51,121 nucleotides of DNA from Coriobacteriia bacterium (lineage in GTDB: Bacteria; Actinomycetota; Coriobacteriia; Anaerosomatales; PALSA-660), in contig JAUSBS010000001.1 of the NCBI GenBank assembly GCA_030651905.1, positions 1 through 51,121 on the forward strand, written 5' to 3'. The notes under the pieces were generated by a model that had not been told where the DNA came from, searched no databases, and saw nothing but the letters and a program-made list of their open reading frames with translations. The first letter of the stretch is position 1, and the number at the start of each line of letters is the position of its first letter. Shown here piece by piece: positions 26,826 through 35,929 of this stretch. Position numbers and translations under genes: made by a program.

Positions 26826-28304
26826 GTGAGCGACAGCGACACCGGTCCCGACCGTCTCGAGACACCGGAGGAGATGGCGGCAGCGACCTCGGCGGCCTCC
26901 CGCTCGCCGTTCTCGAGCGCCAAGCGCCTCGCACGCGCCAAGGAACTCGTGCGCGCCATAGCCGTGGCGGCGACGAACGCCGCTCTCTATCCCGCGACCC
27001 ACCCGAGCGTCGCGCAGTCCATGGACGACCTCGTCGCGGCCGTCGGTGGCGTCATCGAGCTCGGATTCGAGGACGTCACGGTCAACATCTACAAAGCGAC
27101 GCTCTTCGTCGAGGACCATGTCCTCCCCGAGGAGAGCACCACCTACGGGAAGCTGGTCGACGACTTGCTGGCCCGGGGTATCTCGGCGATCACGTTCTCC
27201 GAGGACTTCGCCCGCAACGACGCCGAAGCGTTCGTGGCCCTCATGGGCACGGACGGCGTCAAGGACATCACAACCGCGCTGTCCTTCCTCGACCAGCGCG
27301 GCGCGACAAACGTCGCGGTGGCAGAGACGACGACCTTGGCCGACGAGGACCGGGGCGAGGCCAACAAGGAGACTCGGGACAAGGCCCGCAAGCAGTACGA
27401 GACCGGCGTCACCGCGATGCGCGACGTCGAGACCCAGGTCAAGCTCGGGAAGGTCTTCGAGATCGGGCCGCTGCAATCCCTCGTCAACGGCCTTCTCGAG
27501 ACGCTGTTCCGCGACCCTGCGGCTGTCCTCGGCCTGACCGCCATCAAGAGCCATGACGACTACACGCTCAACCACTCGATCAACGTGTGCATCCTGTCGC
27601 TGTCGCTGGGAACCACGCTCGGGCTGGACGAGGAGTCGCTCAAGTCCCTGGGTCTTTCCGCTCTCCTCTACGACCTGGGCAAGGTGCGCATCCCCGAGGA
27701 CATCCTCAACAAGGAGGGCCCTCTCACCGCGGACGAGTGGCAGATCGTGAAGAGTCACGCGGCCGAAGGCGCCGACTTGCTCAAGCGCATCCAGCTCATG
27801 GACCAGATGCCCATGATCGTCGCCTACGAGCACCACCAGCGCCACGACCTAAAGGGCTACCCGGACATCGGCGAGCCGCAGGAGCAGCACCTGTTCTCGA
27901 AGGTGGTCGCGCTGTGTGACGCGTACGACGCCATGACCACTTCACGGCCGTTCCGGCGCGAGATCCGGCCCGACAAGGCGCTGGCCGTCCTCATGCAGGG
28001 TCGCGGCAAGGCCTACGACCCCTCTATCACCAAGGGGTTCGTGGCGATGCTCGGCATCTACCCGATGGGCGCCGTCGTCAAGTTGTCCGATGCGTCCACG
28101 GCCGTCGTGTTCCGCGTGAACCGCGACGATCTGCTGTGCCCGCGGGTCAAGGTGCTGATCGACGCGGAAGGCCGCTGGGCCGACGAGCCCGCAATCCTCG
28201 ATCTGCGGATCATCGACCGCGGCACGGGGAGCCACTCGATCACCATCTCGGAGTGCATCCCCGCCGCCGACGCGGGCATCGACGATGTCTGGGAGTACCT
28301 CTAG
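26826..28304 (+). CDS. HD-GYP domain protein (degenerate YD)
   Basis: HDDYTLNHS.NV, LLYDLGK, ILNK.GPLT..EW, HHQRHDLKGYP, DAYDAMT..RPFR and YP.GAVVKL motifs. Confidence 0.9.
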   Translation: MSDSDTGPDRLETPEEMAAATSAASRSPFSSAKRLARAKELVRAIAVAATNAALYPATHPSVAQSMDDLVAAVGGVIELGFEDVTVNIYKATLFVEDHVLPEESTTYGKLVDDLLARGISAITFSEDFARNDAEAFVALMGTDGVKDITTALSFLDQRGATNVAVAETTTLADEDRGEANKETRDKARKQYETGVTAMRDVETQVKLGKVFEIGPLQSLVNGLLETLFRDPAAVLGLTAIKSHDDYTLNHSINVCILSLSLGTTLGLDEESLKSLGLSALLYDLGKVRIPEDILNKEGPLTADEWQIVKSHAAEGADLLKRIQLMDQMPMIVAYEHHQRHDLKGYPDIGEPQEQHLFSKVVALCDAYDAMTTSRPFRREIRPDKALAVLMQGRGKAYDPSITKGFVAMLGIYPMGAVVKLSDASTAVVFRVNRDDLLCPRVKVLIDAEGRWADEPAILDLRIIDRGTGSHSITISECIPAADAGIDDVWEYL

Positions 28305-28316
28305 GGACGAGCTCGA

Positions 28317-28628
28317 TCAGTAGAGCGCGCCCTCCGCGGACCCGAAGTCGGTGTCCGCCGGCATGCTCAGCGAATCGAGCTCCTTCTGCATGGCATCGAG
28401 TTGCTGGTCCATCGCCTTGATCTCCGATTTGGAGGACCCGGGCGTACCGGCAGCAGGTAGCGCGATCGGGCTGACGTCAGCGGACGACGTCGACTGCGCG
28501 CTGGATGTCGCGGTGGTCTCGAGGGTCCCGCGCGCGCCGTCCGTGGCGGGAGTCCCCGCACAACCTACGAGCATCGCGCCCAGCGCGAGTGCCAGTGCGC
28601 CGGCCAGTACGGCGGTACGCATCGTCAC
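28317..28628 (-). CDS. Small lipoprotein
   Basis: Lipobox LVGC, Ser/Thr linker, short C-terminal coiled coil. Confidence 0.75.
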   Translation of the reverse strand: MTMRTAVLAGALALALGAMLVGCAGTPATDGARGTLETTATSSAQSTSSADVSPIALPAAGTPGSSKSEIKAMDQQLDAMQKELDSLSMPADTDFGSAEGALY

Positions 28629-29167
28629 TACTGTGCGCCCTCCAGGCCGTTCACCACGGCGCGAAGGTCGAGGATCGCCTTGCGCAGTGTGGTGCGTGCC
28701 TCATGCAGCAACCGGCGAGCGATCTTCGCTTGTGCCTTGGCGGCTGTGAACGCGGCGCGCCTGTCGGTCGCGGTCGGGACGGCCTTGAACAGCTCATCGG
28801 CCGCGGCATCGGCGGCCTTGGCCTCGGCGACCAGCGCGCGAGCCTTGTCGAGCGACGCGCGCACGTCGGTCACATCGGCGCCGGCCGACTCCACCTTGCT
28901 GGCGATGACAGACACGCGATCGATGCGGCGAAGGATCGCCGCGGCGGCGGCATCGAAACCACGGCCGCGGTTCTCGAGCACCTTCGTGATGCGCTCCTGC
29001 AGCCTCTGCTGCCGCATATCGAAGCGCGCCTGACGTGTGGCGTCCATGGACGACTTCGGCTTGCCGAGCCTGCCGCGGCCAGGGACCGCGAACGCCGCCG
29101 CGGGGGCGATGAGCATGGCTACGAGCGCGAGTGCGATCGCGGCCTGGATGGTTGTGCGGCTCTTCAT
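28628..29167 (-). CDS. Secreted basic helical/coiled-coil protein
   Basis: Signal peptide (AFA/V), Ala/Arg-rich helices, AAGGAG SD. Confidence 0.75.
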   Translation of the reverse strand: MKSRTTIQAAIALALVAMLIAPAAAFAVPGRGRLGKPKSSMDATRQARFDMRQQRLQERITKVLENRGRGFDAAAAAILRRIDRVSVIASKVESAGADVTDVRASLDKARALVAEAKAADAAADELFKAVPTATDRRAAFTAAKAQAKIARRLLHEARTTLRKAILDLRAVVNGLEGAQ

Positions 29168-29249
29168 GGTGAGGCTCTCCTTCGTGGCACTGGGCGCGGC
29201 CGCACGTCCGACCGCTCAGGAACCAGTATCGCCGCAGGTGGTTGGGCAT

Positions 29250-30716
29250 TCATTGGCGCGACGTTGAGTTCACGTTGAGCATATCGGGCCCTGCCGCGGG
29301 CAACTCGACGGTGAAACGCGCTCCGCCTAGGTCGGGAGACGAGTCCGCGCGAACGCGACCACCCATCAACTCGACGGTGCGACGGCAGATCGCCAGCCCC
29401 AGGCCCGATCCGCCGCTTGTGGAAGCCCTCGACGGATCGAGGCGCGCGAAACGCCCGAAGATCCGATCGCGGTCCTCGGGAGCGATCCCCGGCCCGTCGT
29501 CAGCGACCTCGAGCCGCCACACCGCTCCGACCACGTCCGCGCGAAGCCGTACGCGCCCGGCTCCGGCGGCGTGCACCAGTGCGTTCTCCACGATGCCGGA
29601 CACCGCCTGCAGTAGGCGTTCGGGGTCAGCGAGCGGCCGCTCGGAACCCAGATCGACGTCGAATGCCAGGCCGGCCTCGGCCGCACGAGCGTCGAAGCGG
29701 TCGCGCAATGTCCCGGCCAACGCTGCGACGTCGACAGGCTCCTTCGTGAGCTCGACCACACCCGAGTCCAGATCGGCAAGCGACAGCAGGGTGGCCGTCA
29801 GGTCAGCGAGGCGGTCGGCCTCGTCGATGATGATCCCCGCGGCGCGCTTGATGCCGGTCTCGTCCGAGACGACACCGTCACCGATCGCTTGCGCGAAGCC
29901 CCGGATGGACGTGACCGGTGTACGCAGCTCGTGGCTGACGTCCCCGACGAAGGCCTGCTGCGCCCGATAGGCATCCGCGACCCTCGCCGACATGTCGTTG
30001 AACGCACCCGCGAGCGAGGAGACCTCGTCGTCACCCTCGACGGGCACCTGCCGTCCCCACTCGCCGGCGGCCACGGCGCGTGCGCCGTCGGTGAGCCGCA
30101 CGAGCGGTCCGGTCACCCGGCTCGCCAGCCATGTGCCGACAAGCCACGCCACGAGCAGCGCGACCAGGGCGGACAGCCCGATGGAGGCGAGGACCCAACT
30201 GTCGCCGGCTTGGATGTCGGCGATGGGCTTGGCGCCCACGAGATAGCGCTGCGGCTCGTCAGGCCCGGCGAAGGCGACAGGTACCGCAGCTACGACCACG
30301 CGACCGACGCCGGCGACATCGAGCACGCCGACCCTCGCGTCGAACTCGGAGCCCGGCCGCTCAAGCCTCGCGATCGGATAGGAGGACACGCCGGTGCTCC
30401 CGGCCGTCCCGAAGAGCACCGTGCCCGTGGCGTCCGTGACCGACAACCGCGCGCCGATGAGTCCGGCCTCGACTTTCAACAGCCGCGCCCGCACCTGGCC
30501 TTCGTCCCGGGAGCTGCCGGGAAGAACGGAGCCCACGGCGACACCGGCGCCCACCACACCGACCTGGCGCTCCAACTCCGTGGTCCGCAGAGCGAGGGTC
30601 TGTCGTGTCCACAGGGTGTAGAAGGTCGTCACGGCGACAGCGATGCACAGCGCCCCGACGGCGAACAGCGCGAGCCGGAGGCGCCGCGCGATCGGACTCC
30701 GTGGCCGCGATCTCAT
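29250..30716 (-). CDS. HAMP-domain sensor histidine kinase
   Basis: Two TM helices, HAMP, SHELRTP, ENA, DDGPGI and GSGLGLAI motifs. Confidence 0.93.
   Translation of the reverse strand: MRSRPRSPIARRLRLALFAVGALCIAVAVTTFYTLWTRQTLALRTTELERQVGVVGAGVAVGSVLPGSSRDEGQVRARLLKVEAGLIGARLSVTDATGTVLFGTAGSTGVSSYPIARLERPGSEFDARVGVLDVAGVGRVVVAAVPVAFAGPDEPQRYLVGAKPIADIQAGDSWVLASIGLSALVALLVAWLVGTWLASRVTGPLVRLTDGARAVAAGEWGRQVPVEGDDEVSSLAGAFNDMSARVADAYRAQQAFVGDVSHELRTPVTSIRGFAQAIGDGVVSDETGIKRAAGIIIDEADRLADLTATLLSLADLDSGVVELTKEPVDVAALAGTLRDRFDARAAEAGLAFDVDLGSERPLADPERLLQAVSGIVENALVHAAGAGRVRLRADVVGAVWRLEVADDGPGIAPEDRDRIFGRFARLDPSRASTSGGSGLGLAICRRTVELMGGRVRADSSPDLGGARFTVELPAAGPDMLNVNSTSRQ
29261..29279 (-). promoter_or_regulatory. 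Tandem CTCAACGT repeat with 11-bp period, putative OmpR-family site
   Basis: ACGTTGAG at 29261-29268 and 29272-29279, upstream of a GATACT -10-like element (29225-29230). Confidence 0.5.
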
Positions 30717-31402
30717 CCCGCGGCTCTCATCACGCGGTAACCCACGCCTCGCACCGTCTCGACGAAGCGTGGAGCGGCCGCTTCGTCGCCCAGCTTCGCC
30801 CGCAAGTGGCGGACGTGGACGTCGATGCCGCGCGCATCCACGAAGTCGGAGAATCCCCACGCGCGCTCGAGCAACTGCTCGCGCGTGAAGACCACACCGG
30901 GCTCGGCAGCCATCGCGGCGAGCAGGTCGAACTCCTTCGCCGTGAGTTCGACGAGGATATCGTCGACGAGTACCCGGCGCTGTGCGGCGTCGATCGTGAG
31001 AGCTCCGACCCGCAGCGGAGCGGCGCTCACCGGAGGGGCCGAGGCGCTGCGGCGAAGCACGGCGCGGGCGCGGGCCACGAGCTCCGGGGGACTGAAGGGT
31101 TTGGTGACGTAGTCGTCCGCCCCCGCCTCGAGCATCGCGACCTTGTCGAGGTCGGTGTCCCGTGCCGTGAGCATGATCACGGGGACCTGCGATGTCTCAC
31201 GAAGACGGCGGCAGACGGTGGCTCCGTCGATACCCGGCAGCATGATGTCGAGGATCACGAGATCGGGTAGCTCCGCCTGAGCCTCGCGAAGCGCCGTGGG
31301 GCCGTCAGCCGCCTGGCACACGTCGAAGCCCGCCGCAGTGAAGTAGACGGTGACGAGCTCCCGTATGTTCGCTTCATCGTCGACGACGAGGACTCTGGGC
31401 AC
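30713..31402 (-). CDS. OmpR/PhoB family response regulator
   Basis: VVDDE, LDIMLP, GADDYVTKPF, LTAKEFDLL and TVRGVGY motifs. Confidence 0.95.
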   Translation of the reverse strand: MPRVLVVDDEANIRELVTVYFTAAGFDVCQAADGPTALREAQAELPDLVILDIMLPGIDGATVCRRLRETSQVPVIMLTARDTDLDKVAMLEAGADDYVTKPFSPPELVARARAVLRRSASAPPVSAAPLRVGALTIDAAQRRVLVDDILVELTAKEFDLLAAMAAEPGVVFTREQLLERAWGFSDFVDARGIDVHVRHLRAKLGDEAAAPRFVETVRGVGYRVMRAAG

Positions 31403-31459
31403 GGAGATCCCTCTCGCAGGTGGTGCCGTCCGTGGCCTTCAGTGTACCGCGCGGACGTT

Positions 31460-33313
31460 CTACGACGACCGGCCCGGGAGCGACAGTGTGAAGACCGACC
31501 CCTTTCCCGGTTCGCTCGCGACGTCGATCCGCGCCCCTATCGACTCGGCCAGGCGGCGTGAAACGGCAAGCCCCAGGCCGGTACCCTCGGTCTTGCCACC
31601 CCCCGGAGGCACCACTTGATAGAAGTCATCGAACACGCGCTCCAGGTCGTCCAACGCGATACCGCTGCCCGAGTCCTTCACCGCGACGGTCGGACCTGTG
31701 TCGTCCCCTGACACGATCACCGTGATGAGGCCGCGTTGCGTGAACTTCACCGCGTTGCCCAGCAGATTCAGCAGGATCTGCCCGACGCGAAGCTCATCGG
31801 TCCGGACCGCCAGGCTCTCGCGGGAGCATTCCCATCGCATCTCGACGCCGCCAGCCTCCGCCACTGGGCGAATGGTCTCGTACATCTCACGCGCGATGGG
31901 AACGAGGTCGGCGTCCCGGATGGTCGGGTCGTCGTGCCCCGACTCGATCTTCGCCAGATCCAGGACTCCGTTGATGAGTTCGAGCAGGTGTCGCCCGGAG
32001 TTGTTGATCATCGCGACCTGTTTGCGCTGCTCATCTCCCAGGGGACCGGAAAGACCCTGCGCGAGCACACCCGAGAAGCCGATGATCGAGTTCAGCGGCG
32101 TACGCAGTTCGTGGCTCATCGCGGCCAGGAAGTCGTTCTTGGCGTGTGTGGCCTCCTCGAGATCGATGTTCGCCTCGGTGAGGCTGCTGATCGCGGACAC
32201 GAGTTCCTCGTTCGCCGCCTCGAGCTCCTCGGTGCGGCTCTGCACGCGCTCCTCGAGCTCGGCGTTCAATCTCAGGATCTCCGCCTCGGCGCGCTTGCGC
32301 TTCGTGAGGTCGTGGACGACGGTGAGGGCGCAGCGCTCCCCGCCGATCTCGAGCACATCGCCGAAGGCCGAACCGGGGAAGACCTCGCCCGTCGAACGCC
32401 GGAAGCCCGTCTCGAAGTCGACGACCCGGCCGTGCTCGCGCAGCTGCCCGACGAACCGGTCACGGTCCGCAGTGTCAGCCCAGATACCCAGCGCGATGCT
32501 GGTGGTGCCGGACACCTGGTCCCGCGTGAGCCCCGCCATCTCATAGAAGGCCTGGTTCACTTCGATGATCCGGCCGTCCGCGATCGACGAGAGGACGACG
32601 GCGTCCGGGATGTTGGTGAAGGCGATGGAGAACTTCTGCTCGCTCCGGCTCAGCGATTCGAACAGACGACTGTTGACCAGCAGGAGAAGAGCGAAGGTGA
32701 GGCCGACGGCGAGGAGCTGATACGCCATCAGCACCGACGTGTCGAGCACGCCGGACTGGAAGAGGTCGTTCACTCGCGGTTCGTTGAACTGCAGCACGAT
32801 TCGGAAGACGCTCAACAGGACGTAGCCGACGAAGACCAGTCCCGCCGCCCGCGTGGCTGGCCGGACCTCCGGCTCGACTCGGCGCAAGAGGAGCCACGCG
32901 CTTTCCGCGGTTACGAAGAGCAGCCCCAGCGCCACGTTGATGTTGCGCGCGAACAGGCTGGGTTCGACGACGGCGAAGTACGTCTGGACGAGCGCGAACG
33001 CCGCCAGCGTGGCCCAATCCTGGACATGCGGCCCTCGCTTGCCAAGATAGAGCTCCAGCCCGATCAGCAGGATGATGGTCCCCGCGATCGATAGCGTGTT
33101 GGACACCACCATCGACACGACATCGGGCACGATGCCGCGTGCCGCGATGAGCAGCAGGGCGGCGAACTGCATCACGAAGCTCACGAGCCACAACCCGATG
33201 CCGGGCGAGCGCTCGCGGTTCCGCATCCAAAGCGTCGCCAGGACGACCGAGCACAGGACGTACGCGAGGACATCGCCGATGAGGACGGTCCGCATGTCGA
33301 GCAAGGGTGTCAC
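31460..33313 (-). CDS. Multi-TM PAS-domain sensor histidine kinase
   Basis: About 7 TM helices, PAS domain, SHELRTPLNSIIGFS, NLLGNAVKFT and GTGLGL motifs. Confidence 0.92.
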   Translation of the reverse strand: MTPLLDMRTVLIGDVLAYVLCSVVLATLWMRNRERSPGIGLWLVSFVMQFAALLLIAARGIVPDVVSMVVSNTLSIAGTIILLIGLELYLGKRGPHVQDWATLAAFALVQTYFAVVEPSLFARNINVALGLLFVTAESAWLLLRRVEPEVRPATRAAGLVFVGYVLLSVFRIVLQFNEPRVNDLFQSGVLDTSVLMAYQLLAVGLTFALLLLVNSRLFESLSRSEQKFSIAFTNIPDAVVLSSIADGRIIEVNQAFYEMAGLTRDQVSGTTSIALGIWADTADRDRFVGQLREHGRVVDFETGFRRSTGEVFPGSAFGDVLEIGGERCALTVVHDLTKRKRAEAEILRLNAELEERVQSRTEELEAANEELVSAISSLTEANIDLEEATHAKNDFLAAMSHELRTPLNSIIGFSGVLAQGLSGPLGDEQRKQVAMINNSGRHLLELINGVLDLAKIESGHDDPTIRDADLVPIAREMYETIRPVAEAGGVEMRWECSRESLAVRTDELRVGQILLNLLGNAVKFTQRGLITVIVSGDDTGPTVAVKDSGSGIALDDLERVFDDFYQVVPPGGGKTEGTGLGLAVSRRLAESIGARIDVASEPGKGSVFTLSLPGRSS

Positions 33314-33411
33314 CCGGATCCGCCTCCCCCGTCGGGTGAACCGCGTTCACATTGGTAAAGGTACCCCTAATGCGCAGCACAACGACAGTCACAGCGGCCA
33401 CCGGACCCGCG

Positions 33412-33888
33412 CTATCTGACGCCCAGGAGCTCCACATCGAAGACGAGGGTCGCGTTGGGCGGGATGACACTGCCCGAGCCCCGGGCGCCGTAGCCCATCT
33501 CGGGCGGGATGGTCAACTTGCGCTTGCCGCCGATCTTCATCCCGGCGACACCTTCATCCCATCCGCGGATGACACGCCCCTGGCCCAGCTGGAACTCGAA
33601 GGGCGTACCGCGATCGACCGATGAGTCGAACTTCGTGCCGTCGGTGAGCCAGCCCGTGTAGTGGACCGACACCGTCTTGCCGCTGACGGCCTCGGCGCCC
33701 GTTCCTACGACCATGTCCTCGATCTTCAACTCGGTGACCTCCTCGGTCGGGGTGGGTGCGGCTGCCGGCTGCTCCGCGGGCGCCGGCTGTGGAGCCACCG
33801 CTGCAGGTGGAGTCGAGCATCCGACCGATGCGCTCACCGCTACCACGGCGAGCCCGGCGACCAGCCAGCGCAACGATCGCTTCGACAC
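33412..33888 (-). CDS. FKBP-type peptidyl-prolyl isomerase lipoprotein
   Basis: Lipobox SVGC; [22 protein letters not shown] and [13 protein letters not shown] motifs. Confidence 0.95.
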   Translation of the reverse strand: MSKRSLRWLVAGLAVVAVSASVGCSTPPAAVAPQPAPAEQPAAAPTPTEEVTELKIEDMVVGTGAEAVSGKTVSVHYTGWLTDGTKFDSSVDRGTPFEFQLGQGRVIRGWDEGVAGMKIGGKRKLTIPPEMGYGARGSGSVIPPNATLVFDVELLGVR

Positions 33889-33999
33889 GTTGACCTCCTG
33901 AGGGCGCGAATGGGGCCCGTCAGGGCCAAGAACACACTAGCGCATGGGCGGCTCGTCCGCTGTGTGTCCTGTGCGCCCGACGTGCACAGGGCTTTCGCG

Positions 34000-35601
34000 C
34001 TACCTGACGCGCTTGCGCAGGCTCCCGCTAGATGACGCGTAGCGGTACGGTGCGCCGACGAACACCGCCTTGAAGTAGTGCGTGCCGCGATAGCGCAGAC
34101 GGTACGACGTGGCCCAGCGGCCGCTCGTCGTGAAGGTCGCGGCCGTCTTGATCCTGGTCCAACGTCGCGAGCCGGGCCGGCGCATGTAGACCGCCACGGT
34201 GTCGCCCGCGGCACCAGGGCTCACGTATCCACTGATGGTGACCGTGCGGCTCCGCCTCAGCGTGCCGGAGATGCCGATGCTCGTCCGTGTCGAGGTCCAG
34301 ACGGGCGCGTTGACCTCGAAGGCGGCGGTCTTGTGCGGGGTCTCCTCGTTGCCGGCGCTGTCCACCGACCAGTACTCGAGCGTGTAGGTGCCCACGGTCG
34401 AGGCGTTGACGGTCCGGCCGGTGCCGCTGCGGGTCTCGGCCCCGGTGAGGATCCACTCCGTGACAGCCACGCCCGAACCGCCGGCGTTGTCGGTCGGGAA
34501 CAGCGCGATCGACGCCGAGCCGGTGTACGGGCCTGCCACATCGGACGTCGTGTTCGGAGGCGTCGTGTCGGGGCCGATCGGCGCGTTCTGCGACATGAGT
34601 TCGGTGCGGTATGAGATCGTCGCCGGCGCGCCGGTGCTCCTGAGCGTGATGCCGCCCGAGACCGTCACATCGAAGACGTCGCCCGCGCGATAGGAGCCGA
34701 GCGTCGCCGCGTCCGGCCTGAAGACGAAGCAGTTGTTGACGCCGTAGCCGCTCGTCTCGAAGTTGAAGTACTTGCCGGACGTGTCGGTGTCCACGCCGGA
34801 GAAGGTCCAGGTCCGACCATCGCTCACACGGCGCAGCACGACCGTGTGGCCGGTACGCCCCGCAGTCCAGGAGTACTTCGCCGGGTTGAGCTGGACCGAC
34901 CAGGCAGTGGAGGTGCCGAGCATCTCCACCGGGAAGTAGCCAGCGCACGGCCAGTTCAGCGAGTCGTAGTCGACCGCAGCGCTGCGACTCCGGTCGAAGA
35001 CGAACGTGTCGGAACGATAGCTCGCGAAGCCCATTCCGGTCTTCAGCATAGAGGGGTTCAGCAACCAGCGACGATGACCGAGACGGTCGATGTTCGACGT
35101 GTCGCTGTCATCCATGCAGGCCGAGTTGAACTGGGCCAGCGTCGCGTGGCCCCAGCCGATGTTGCTGCTGCTCGTCGCACCGTAGCCGAGATCGTAGAAC
35201 GCCTGGTCCATGTTCGCCGGCTTTGGCGGTGTGTGTGAGAACGTGCTCGCGGCAAGCAGGACGGCTCCATACTGGGCGCGGTTGGTGAGAGTGGCATCGA
35301 GCACGACGTCGTCCGGGATCCCGGCTAGGAACCTCGCGTAGTTGACGGCGTTCAGGCCGTCTCGGAGGAAGGCTGCGTTCAGGGATCCCGCGGCGTACGG
35401 CGCGGTCACGCTGGGTGCCACGGCGTACTCCGAACCCGAGTATGAGGGCTTGAGCTGTGCCCAGCGGTCCTGGATCGCCGCGGCGGATCGCGTGGACGTG
35501 TCGAGGGCGCCAGCGATCCCCGGCGGCGCGATGATGAACGTTGCGCAGACCGCGGCGGTCACGAGCGCCAGTGAGAGGATTCTCGGTATGCGGAACCCCA
35601 T
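34000..35601 (-). CDS. Secreted CAP/SCP-like domain protein with Ig-like C-terminal domains
   Basis: Signal peptide; NYARF.AG, FSHTP and GHRRWLLNP motifs; DTTPP...SVDSAGNEE Ig module; basic C-terminal domain. Confidence 0.8.
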   Translation of the reverse strand: MGFRIPRILSLALVTAAVCATFIIAPPGIAGALDTSTRSAAAIQDRWAQLKPSYSGSEYAVAPSVTAPYAAGSLNAAFLRDGLNAVNYARFLAGIPDDVVLDATLTNRAQYGAVLLAASTFSHTPPKPANMDQAFYDLGYGATSSSNIGWGHATLAQFNSACMDDSDTSNIDRLGHRRWLLNPSMLKTGMGFASYRSDTFVFDRSRSAAVDYDSLNWPCAGYFPVEMLGTSTAWSVQLNPAKYSWTAGRTGHTVVLRRVSDGRTWTFSGVDTDTSGKYFNFETSGYGVNNCFVFRPDAATLGSYRAGDVFDVTVSGGITLRSTGAPATISYRTELMSQNAPIGPDTTPPNTTSDVAGPYTGSASIALFPTDNAGGSGVAVTEWILTGAETRSGTGRTVNASTVGTYTLEYWSVDSAGNEETPHKTAAFEVNAPVWTSTRTSIGISGTLRRSRTVTISGYVSPGAAGDTVAVYMRRPGSRRWTRIKTAATFTTSGRWATSYRLRYRGTHYFKAVFVGAPYRYASSSGSLRKRVR

Positions 35602-35698
35602 CGGGGTACTCCTCTCAGGACGACACCACACCATGAGTCATGTATCGGCGGTCGCGTGTGCCGAGATGAGCAGACGGGTCGCCCGCCCGGCCACACGA

Positions 35699-35728
35699 GA
35701 AGGACCGGTCCACAAGGACCGGTCCTTC
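35699..35728 (-). terminator. Terminator hairpin downstream of tRNA-Phe
   Basis: GAAGGACCGGTCC-ACAA-GGACCGGTCCTTC. Confidence 0.75.
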
Positions 35729-35738
35729 GAGGCTTTCG

Positions 35739-35814
35739 TGGTGGCCAGAGACGGACTTGAACCGCCGACACGGGGATTTTCAGTCCCCTGCTCTACCAAC
35801 TGAGCTACCTGGCC
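35739..35814 (-). tRNA. tRNA-Phe (GAA)
   Basis: GGCCAGGTAGCTCAGTTGGTAGAGC...CT GAA AA...GGTTCAAGTCC...ACCA. Confidence 0.97.
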
Positions 35815-35929
35815 GTGCCGCAGTATGGTAGCCGCGTCGCGCATAAGGGGTCAAGGCGGGCGCCGCATCCCATATACTTGTGCCCACCGGGATCCCGGTG
35901 GGGGCGATCAGGTCCACGCGAGGCGACAG

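Noticed and set aside
25761-27845. 694-aa minus-strand ORF
   Set aside because: Antisense shadow of the HEAT and HD-GYP genes.
28317-35739. Genomic island integrated at the tRNA-Phe 3' end
   Set aside because: No integrase, no duplicated tRNA 3' end and no obvious compositional shift were seen.
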